This document shows positions 58,483-64,000 of a stretch of 64,000 nucleotides of DNA, in pieces (position 1 is the first letter of the stretch; every line of letters starts with the position of its first letter). Location of the stretch: assembly GCA_041662565.1 (NCBI GenBank), contig JBAZSE010000001.1, positions 1,084-65,083 of the forward strand, in the 5' to 3' direction. Source of the DNA: Patescibacteria group bacterium. GTDB lineage: Bacteria; Patescibacteriota; Patescibacteriia; UBA1558; UBA10009. The notes below the pieces were generated by a model. It had not been told where the DNA came from, did no database searches, and was given only the letters and a program-made list of their open reading frames with translations. A program made the position numbers and the translations under genes.

Positions 58483-59910
58483 CTATTTTAACCCTAGGCA
58501 CAAATTAATTTCTCCAGAAGTTGATGTAAAAGCGGTAATATTAGAAAAGTTTTGTAAATCTTGGGCTAATTTTAGCCAAGATAATGAAGTTTTAAGCCAA
58601 AAAAGATTAGAAATTAATGGTCCAGGTTGGCTAGTAAAAGTAATAGAACAGTTTAATTTAAAGGTTTTTGGCTGATAATCGTTTATTTTGTTGCTTACAA
58701 CCAATATTTTATCTTTTATTGCCATGCCTAAACCGGGGGTTGTGATGGAATTTTTCGGCATAATTTGGCGCCAACCAGATGACTGAAGTACTTCTTGCCA
58801 GCTGATTTTAGATCCATCAGCTAAAAGTTCCACAGCTTTGGTGCCATCGGGTAAAATTTTGGTTGCTTCTTTGGGTTTAAATTGTCCTAAATAGGAAGTA
58901 ATTGAACTTTTTGCCAATTCTTGATTATCAATAGTGGTAATAATAGTCCAATTTTCAGCCGACCAACCAATCAGTAAGGGTGGGTGGGCATTTTTTAGCA
59001 AATTGCTTAATGAAGTTTGGCCAACTGCCCATAACCTGGCATCAAGCTGCTGCCAAATTTTGTTAAAATTATGATTATTTTCCAATTCTGCAGGAATGCT
59101 GGTTAAATCGGTTAAACCAAATAACAAATCTAATTTTTCGGGCAAAAAATTAAAATAATCATTAAGATTTTTGTCATTTTGTGAAATTTGAGGCAAAGTT
59201 GGTTTTAAAGAAGCAACCAAAGCATAGGCACTGGAATCCAAAGTTAGTTGGTAGTTATTATTTGGATTATTTTTTAATGGTAGTAAAGCGGTTTGCAAGG
59301 CATTTAAAATTCCTGTTGGTTTTGGTTCATTAAAAAATGCTTGGTTTAAGTTGATTTGTAGCCAGGGGGCGATAGTTAAGGAAAGGTATGCCGGCGTGCT
59401 AGGGCTGATTTTTTGCGCTAGCATTTGGTCTAAAATTTGTTGATTTGAAGCCAGTAGTAAAATTTGTTTTTTAAATAGATTTTTTTGCCATAAGCCAAAA
59501 TTGTTTTGTTCGGCCAGTTTGGCTGATTTTTGGTCTTTAAGTTCCACAATCAATCCGTAATTTTTGTTATCTTGCCAAAAAACAATCAAATGGTCTGATC
59601 TTTTAAGCAAAGCCACTGCTTCGGAGGGCAATTTTTGCATTTCATTGCTTAATTGATTTTGAGCAGTTTGATAAATTTTATTTAAACCGGGATTTTTTAA
59701 AATTTTTTGCTGCTGCAATTTGGGAAAACTAAAGCGATCATCTTTAAATTCAAAGCTAATTTGGTAATTTGGGGGCAAAAATTGCCCTAGCTCATAGGTT
59801 GGTTTGAGGTAATTTTGAAATAACAGCCAGCCTGCCCAAATTAAACAACCAATCAGAAAAACAATAATTATTTTGGTATTATGTTTTTGCCAAAAGTTAA
59901 TTGAATTCAT
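58483..59910 (-). CDS. Hypothetical 475-aa protein with a single N-terminal TM anchor and an extracytoplasmic body.
   Basis: N-terminal 'IIIVFLIGCLIWAGWLLF'. No recognisable catalytic motif. Confidence 0.45.
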   Translation of the reverse strand: MNSINFWQKHNTKIIIVFLIGCLIWAGWLLFQNYLKPTYELGQFLPPNYQISFEFKDDRFSFPKLQQQKILKNPGLNKIYQTAQNQLSNEMQKLPSEAVALLKRSDHLIVFWQDNKNYGLIVELKDQKSAKLAEQNNFGLWQKNLFKKQILLLASNQQILDQMLAQKISPSTPAYLSLTIAPWLQINLNQAFFNEPKPTGILNALQTALLPLKNNPNNNYQLTLDSSAYALVASLKPTLPQISQNDKNLNDYFNFLPEKLDLLFGLTDLTSIPAELENNHNFNKIWQQLDARLWAVGQTSLSNLLKNAHPPLLIGWSAENWTIITTIDNQELAKSSITSYLGQFKPKEATKILPDGTKAVELLADGSKISWQEVLQSSGWRQIMPKNSITTPGLGMAIKDKILVVSNKINDYQPKTFKLNCSITFTSQPGPLISNLFWLKTSLSWLKLAQDLQNFSNITAFTSTSGEINLCLGLK

Positions 59911-60021
59911 AAGTGACGTAGGGCGAGTGAAGTAAAAAAGTTATCGGTAATCAAATAATAATCATATTGTAGCACAAAAATTGGCATTTATGGAAAAAGG
60001 CCTAATCGTTAATTCCAAGGG

Positions 60022-60048
60022 TTGACAAAATTAAGGATTTATGATAAT
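60022..60048 (+). promoter_or_regulatory. Sigma70-like promoter (TTGACA, 15-nt spacer, GATAAT) upstream of the island-4 gene.
   Basis: Hexamers read directly. The direct repeat cttgttcatt/tgttcattgag lies downstream. Confidence 0.4.
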
Positions 60049-60150
60049 GTTTAGCGTTCTTGTTCATTTGTTCATTGAGAACTTAACAAGAATAAACCAC
60101 ACAAATAGGGCAATTTCGCCCAAATCCATCCCAAATCAAAAGGGAAGACA

Positions 60151-62694
60151 ATGAATCGTTGTGTCATCCTCGTGATCGCTTTTATGGCGATCGTCTTTTC
60201 GTTCGGTTTCGCCGGTAACGTCGAGGCCGAGATATCCGAAGTTGGTTCGTTGGATATTCCAATGAACTATTTTGGTGATGTGGCAGTGGTTGGTCAAACC
60301 GCTTACTGCACCAGTTCCAATGGCGGCCTTTATAAGGTCGATGTTTCTAATCCGGCTGAGCTTCGCTTTATTGAGCGTGAACGAGGTGCGGTTAATGGCG
60401 TGGAAGCAATCGGCCAACACGCCTTTATTGGCCGCCTTGGCGAGTCGGGCCTGAGCGTTTATAACGCAGAAGGTATGCGTTATAATGGCGCCCCTTCAGA
60501 TGTTGGCGGATTGTTGCTTGAAGGAGGATTGCTCTACCTGATAACGGTGAGTGATTCAACTAAAATACTTCGTATCCTTAACATCGAAGATCCGGCTCAT
60601 CCTGAGGAAATTGGTCAATTGGAAATCAGAGGCCCTCGATACTTATCAACGAGGATGCTGATTAACGGACAATTATACTTGTCTGGTTCAAATGACGGAC
60701 GGGTTAGTAGCGTTATTGTTGTGGATGTTTCCAATCCGGAGCATCCGGAACTTACCAGCCAGATAGACGGACATCGAGGGAATATCGTTGGTATTGCATC
60801 CGACGGTGAATACCTCTTTGTGGCCAATCAAGATGGCGATGAAGGAGTTCAGGTTCGGAATTTCAACTGGGAGTTGATTTCCGAGATTCGATTCTACTTG
60901 CCTCAGGGTTTGGTTTTTCGTCAAGGACATCTTTACGTTGTTTCCAGCGTTGCCGGTGAGTCATCAAACTTCCAAGTTTTTGGCGTTTCTGGCCAAGGAG
61001 AACTGGAATTGATTGATGAATTCTCTACTGGAAGGCAGGCAATGGAGATGTTCTTCGTTGAAGAGCTCTGTTACGTTGTTGAAATTGGTGTAAACGACAA
61101 TCGTGAGAGCCGGTTGCTCATTCTGAATGTTGAAATAAACGAGGAAGAGCAACGCGGTCAACTTCAGCACTTTCAAGGATTTCGTCAGTCTGATCAAAGT
61201 CATTCCGTCCTAATCCAATCCTCTTTAGTTAATGCGCTTCCTATGCCTAGTGGCTGGGAAATCGGCATCTTTACCCCTGATGGAATATTGGCTGGAGCCG
61301 GGGTTTGGCTCGATGGCGAGCAACTTGGGTTTCCGGTTTGGGGAGATGATCCAATGACGGAAGAGGTAGATGGTTTTAGGGAAGGAGAGTCCTTATGGAA
61401 CGGACTCCGAATTTGGGATCCTGAAACTAATCAAGAGTTTGAAGGAGCATCCGGAGAATCCCGAGGATCAAGCAATTGGCAGGCGGACGACTTGTTGAGG
61501 ATCGTTACAATGAATCACGTCACTGATTATACCCATATGGAGCTGAGGCGTGGCTGGAATATGATTTCAGTTAACGTGACGCCTGGCTTCCCGGGTTATT
61601 ATGATGGTGATGAAGAGCCCCAGATCCCCTCGATCTTTAATCGAGAACGATATCTCATCGACTTCGCGATGATTAAGGACGGGCAAGGACGTTTCTATGT
61701 TCCTGAGCGGAATTTCTGCAACATTCCTTGCTTTGATGCTCGGTCAGGTTACCAAATCTATCTTAACCGAGATCAAGGTTGGAGAGTGTGGGGCGCTTCG
61801 ATTGCTCCAGATGCCGACATACCGTTGGCAGAAGGGTGGAATATGGTTGCTTACTTTCCTGACTATACGTTACCGATCGGTGATGATGATTTCTACGCAA
61901 TTGCGCCAATCATCGAATACGTGACAATGGTCAAAGATGGTGATGGAAACTTCGCCCTAATAAGGGAGGATTTCTCCAATATGCCCGATATGAGGCCTGG
62001 GCAGGGGTACAAAATCAAGGTCAACCAAGACGTGATTTTAAACTACCCGCCTGAACCCAATCAGGGCGACGCTGTTAACTCCGGCGAAGTTCTGACGAAC
62101 GTTTACTGGCCGCGCCCTGCTTCAACCGGTTCCGATATGAGCATTTTGGTTGCCGGTCTTAAGAAGGGTTGGGAAGTTGGGGCCTTCAAAAAGAATGGTC
62201 AACTGGTTGGAGCAGGAGTTACCAACGCTAAAGGTCTTTGTGGCTTAAGCGTTTGTGGTGACGATGTGACAACCAGTGAAATTGACGGGCTGGAATGCGG
62301 AGAGCAATTCTGGTTGAAGGTAACGGACAATGGGACAAGAAATTACATTCTACCCTCAACTTATAACTATGAAGTTGATGGTTTGAAGACTGTGGAGGTC
62401 AGTCCTAACCTTATCCCTTTCGTTAGGCCCGTTGAATTCAAACTCAACGGCGCCTATCCTAATCCTTTTAATTCATCAACCTTGGTTGCTTTCGATCTGG
62501 CAATCGCTTCGCAGACCCGACTTTCGGTTTTTGACCTTTCAGGCCGAGAACTGGTTCGGTTAGTTGATGAAGCACTTTCTGAGGGAAGACACAGCGTTCA
62601 TCTGGACGCCGCCGGACTTCCAACAGGAACGTACTTAATTCGTTTGCAATCAGATCAACAGACCGCTGATCTTAAGGTCCAGTTGGTTAAGTAG
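60151..62694 (+). CDS. Secreted LVIVD-repeat beta-propeller protein (847 aa) with a C-terminal type IX secretion (Por) sorting domain. It lies in GC-rich island 4.
   Basis: It has a signal peptide. LVIVD-type repeats are present ('LYLITVSDSTKILRILNIEDPAHPEE', 'SSVIVVDVSNPEHPEL'). The C-terminus 'KLNGAYPNPFNSSTLVAFDLAIASQTRLSVFDLSGRELVRLVDEALSEGRHSVHLDAAGLPTGTYLIRL' matches the T9SS CTD consensus. Confidence 0.7.
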   Translation: MNRCVILVIAFMAIVFSFGFAGNVEAEISEVGSLDIPMNYFGDVAVVGQTAYCTSSNGGLYKVDVSNPAELRFIERERGAVNGVEAIGQHAFIGRLGESGLSVYNAEGMRYNGAPSDVGGLLLEGGLLYLITVSDSTKILRILNIEDPAHPEEIGQLEIRGPRYLSTRMLINGQLYLSGSNDGRVSSVIVVDVSNPEHPELTSQIDGHRGNIVGIASDGEYLFVANQDGDEGVQVRNFNWELISEIRFYLPQGLVFRQGHLYVVSSVAGESSNFQVFGVSGQGELELIDEFSTGRQAMEMFFVEELCYVVEIGVNDNRESRLLILNVEINEEEQRGQLQHFQGFRQSDQSHSVLIQSSLVNALPMPSGWEIGIFTPDGILAGAGVWLDGEQLGFPVWGDDPMTEEVDGFREGESLWNGLRIWDPETNQEFEGASGESRGSSNWQADDLLRIVTMNHVTDYTHMELRRGWNMISVNVTPGFPGYYDGDEEPQIPSIFNRERYLIDFAMIKDGQGRFYVPERNFCNIPCFDARSGYQIYLNRDQGWRVWGASIAPDADIPLAEGWNMVAYFPDYTLPIGDDDFYAIAPIIEYVTMVKDGDGNFALIREDFSNMPDMRPGQGYKIKVNQDVILNYPPEPNQGDAVNSGEVLTNVYWPRPASTGSDMSILVAGLKKGWEVGAFKKNGQLVGAGVTNAKGLCGLSVCGDDVTTSEIDGLECGEQFWLKVTDNGTRNYILPSTYNYEVDGLKTVEVSPNLIPFVRPVEFKLNGAYPNPFNSSTLVAFDLAIASQTRLSVFDLSGRELVRLVDEALSEGRHSVHLDAAGLPTGTYLIRLQSDQQTADLKVQLVK

Positions 62695-62709
62695 CTGATT
62701 GTACATTCG

Positions 62710-62766
62710 CCTCGCACTGTTTGTTGACTTTCAAAAGTTGACAAACAGTGCGAGGATTTTTTTATT
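62710..62766 (+). terminator. Strong intrinsic terminator with a 15-bp stem (cctcgcactgtttgt/acaaacagtgcgagg) plus T7.
   Basis: Read directly. Confidence 0.75.
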
Positions 62767-62875
62767 AAGCAAGATGATTGACTTTTTAGTTAAAAAATGG
62801 TAGGTTATTATAGTTAAAGTGTAAGTAAAACTTATGCTTTTTAATTTAATAAAACTTAAAATAATCATCAAAAAT

Positions 62876-64000
62876 ATGGGTAAATTAGTTAAAATATTGT
62901 TGTTAGTCATGGCCTTGGCTATGGTTGTTGTTTCGTTTTATCCTGCACAGGCGGCAGATGCAAACTGGCGATCAAGAGAAGGTGTAGCTAGCGGCGTTAT
63001 TTTGGAAATAGTTTCCGGTGATTTAAATAGAACTTTTACCGGCACCTATTTACTTAAAACGGATGATGGTAAAACCTTGGCTTTTAGGATAAATAACAAA
63101 ACAGCTTTTCAAGATAATAATTACTACGGTTATAAAAAGGGTGATAAGGTTTTAGTTACTTACGATACTCAAACCGTTAATGAGTTGGCTAATACTTACG
63201 ATGCTACTTCGATTCAAGTTCCGGTAACCTCTAAAACCGTTGATTACACTCAGCGCGTTGCCACTTGGTACGGCAAAGTTAATCAGCATGTTAATATTAA
63301 AACCGGCAAATGGGAAACCGATCCCGATGGAATTTCTGGCGCTAACCTTGATTTGTTAACTTATTGCAAAAAATGGTATCCAAAATCTACGAGTTATAAA
63401 GAATATAAAAAAGAAATAATTACTTTTTACGATCGAGGTAATACTCAAGTTGCCTGGCCCAAGGATGCCTATACCATAGAAAATTTATCTTATCAGTGTG
63501 TGCAAGGGGCAGTTGCTTTGGAAAAATTACCCGATTTGTATCTTGAAAAATTAGAATTAATAGATACTAATAATCCTAAAGTTGGTGATACTTTGCATTT
63601 TTTCGCTAAAATTATTAATAAAGGTAATGTGGAAAGCGGATCTTATGTAGTTGATAAAAATGGCGTTTATGGTAACTATAATTCGCTTAAACCCGATCAA
63701 TCTAATGTTACTTACGGCCTTGGTTATACGGTTAATGAAAAATACGCCACTTACTCTTATGCCGGCTATTATACTTATCATGATGCGGGTTATTATACCT
63801 ATACCTTAACTCTTGATCCTAAAAATCAAATTAATGAATCAGATGAATACAATAATACTAAAACAGTTACGGTTTATGTAGGGTCAAAAGACACTTCTAT
63901 TAATAGCTGTACTACCGATTATAATCCTGTTTGTGGTACTGATGGTAAAACCTATTCTAACTCCTGCGTGGCTTCTCAAAGCAAAGTTAAAGTTGATTAT
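62876..64000 (+). CDS. Secreted protein, partial (it runs off the window end). It has a signal peptide, a CARDB-like domain and a C-terminal Kazal-type protease-inhibitor domain ('CTTDYNPVCGTDGKTYSNSCVA').
   Basis: The frame is open from the ATG at 62876 to the window end. It is not in the ORF track, presumably because no stop falls inside the window. Confidence 0.55.
   Translation, partial: MGKLVKILLLVMALAMVVVSFYPAQAADANWRSREGVASGVILEIVSGDLNRTFTGTYLLKTDDGKTLAFRINNKTAFQDNNYYGYKKGDKVLVTYDTQTVNELANTYDATSIQVPVTSKTVDYTQRVATWYGKVNQHVNIKTGKWETDPDGISGANLDLLTYCKKWYPKSTSYKEYKKEIITFYDRGNTQVAWPKDAYTIENLSYQCVQGAVALEKLPDLYLEKLELIDTNNPKVGDTLHFFAKIINKGNVESGSYVVDKNGVYGNYNSLKPDQSNVTYGLGYTVNEKYATYSYAGYYTYHDAGYYTYTLTLDPKNQINESDEYNNTKTVTVYVGSKDTSINSCTTDYNPVCGTDGKTYSNSCVASQSKVKVDY

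Overview
This is a low-GC (~35-40%) bacterial window that looks like Candidate Phyla Radiation/Patescibacteria; that placement is inference from motifs, not a search. Evidence for it: lamin-tail-domain surface proteins, an ORF6N gene, a 23S-5S rRNA operon with no adjacent 16S and a LAGLIDADG-bearing group I intron, a free-standing LAGLIDADG gene, and Firmicutes-like housekeeping (rny-ymdB, glmS, clpP, infB-rbfA, rplS).

Main contents:
- A 2590-aa secreted TcB/TcC-type Rhs toxin (SpvB domain, FG-GAP repeats, YD/Rhs repeats, variable C-terminal toxin), followed by candidate immunity ORFs and two displaced Rhs C-terminal cassettes. The first orphan shares a ~175-bp near-identical repeat with the main gene. 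An SPFH protein, a trypsin-like protease, an ORF6N protein and a triple lamin-tail-domain protein are interleaved with these cassettes.
- A tRNA-Leu, a disrupted DHFR-like gene and an IMPase gene.
- A 23S rRNA carrying a ~800-nt group I intron at the I-CreI-homologous site, encoding a single-motif LAGLIDADG endonuclease, then a 5S rRNA.
- Metabolic genes: PFK, a TrmB-like regulator, glmS, tdh-kbl, a GNAT and an EndoQ-like nuclease.
- An unannotated 41-aa K/R/A/P-rich basic protein.
- A minus-strand block: DedA, four tRNAs, a free-standing double-motif LAGLIDADG gene, rplS, gmk, an rluD-like gene, NUDIX, two more tRNAs (including an apparent tRNA-Ile with anticodon UAU) and a DHH protein.
- infB, rbfA, a 629-aa unknown protein, nrnA, clpP, a frameshifted rny, ymdB, hup, a C39-like peptidase, an FN3 surface protein, comM, lspA, a dksA-like gene and a membrane protein.
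- A partial CARDB/Kazal secreted protein at the right end.

Four GC-rich (~50-55%) single-gene islands (24.7-26.1 kb, 47.3-48.7 kb, 54.3-55.3 kb, 60.1-62.7 kb) sit between native genes, each with a host-like AT-rich promoter and terminator. One encodes an LVIVD-repeat protein with a type IX secretion C-terminal domain, which is out of place in a Patescibacteria-like cell. One carries an in-frame TAG.

Recurrent non-coding features:
- A family of GC-UUA/UAA-GC tri-loop hairpins.
- tRNA 3' trailers that base-pair with the acceptor/CCA end.
- Several long structured palindromic elements.

No CRISPR array was seen.
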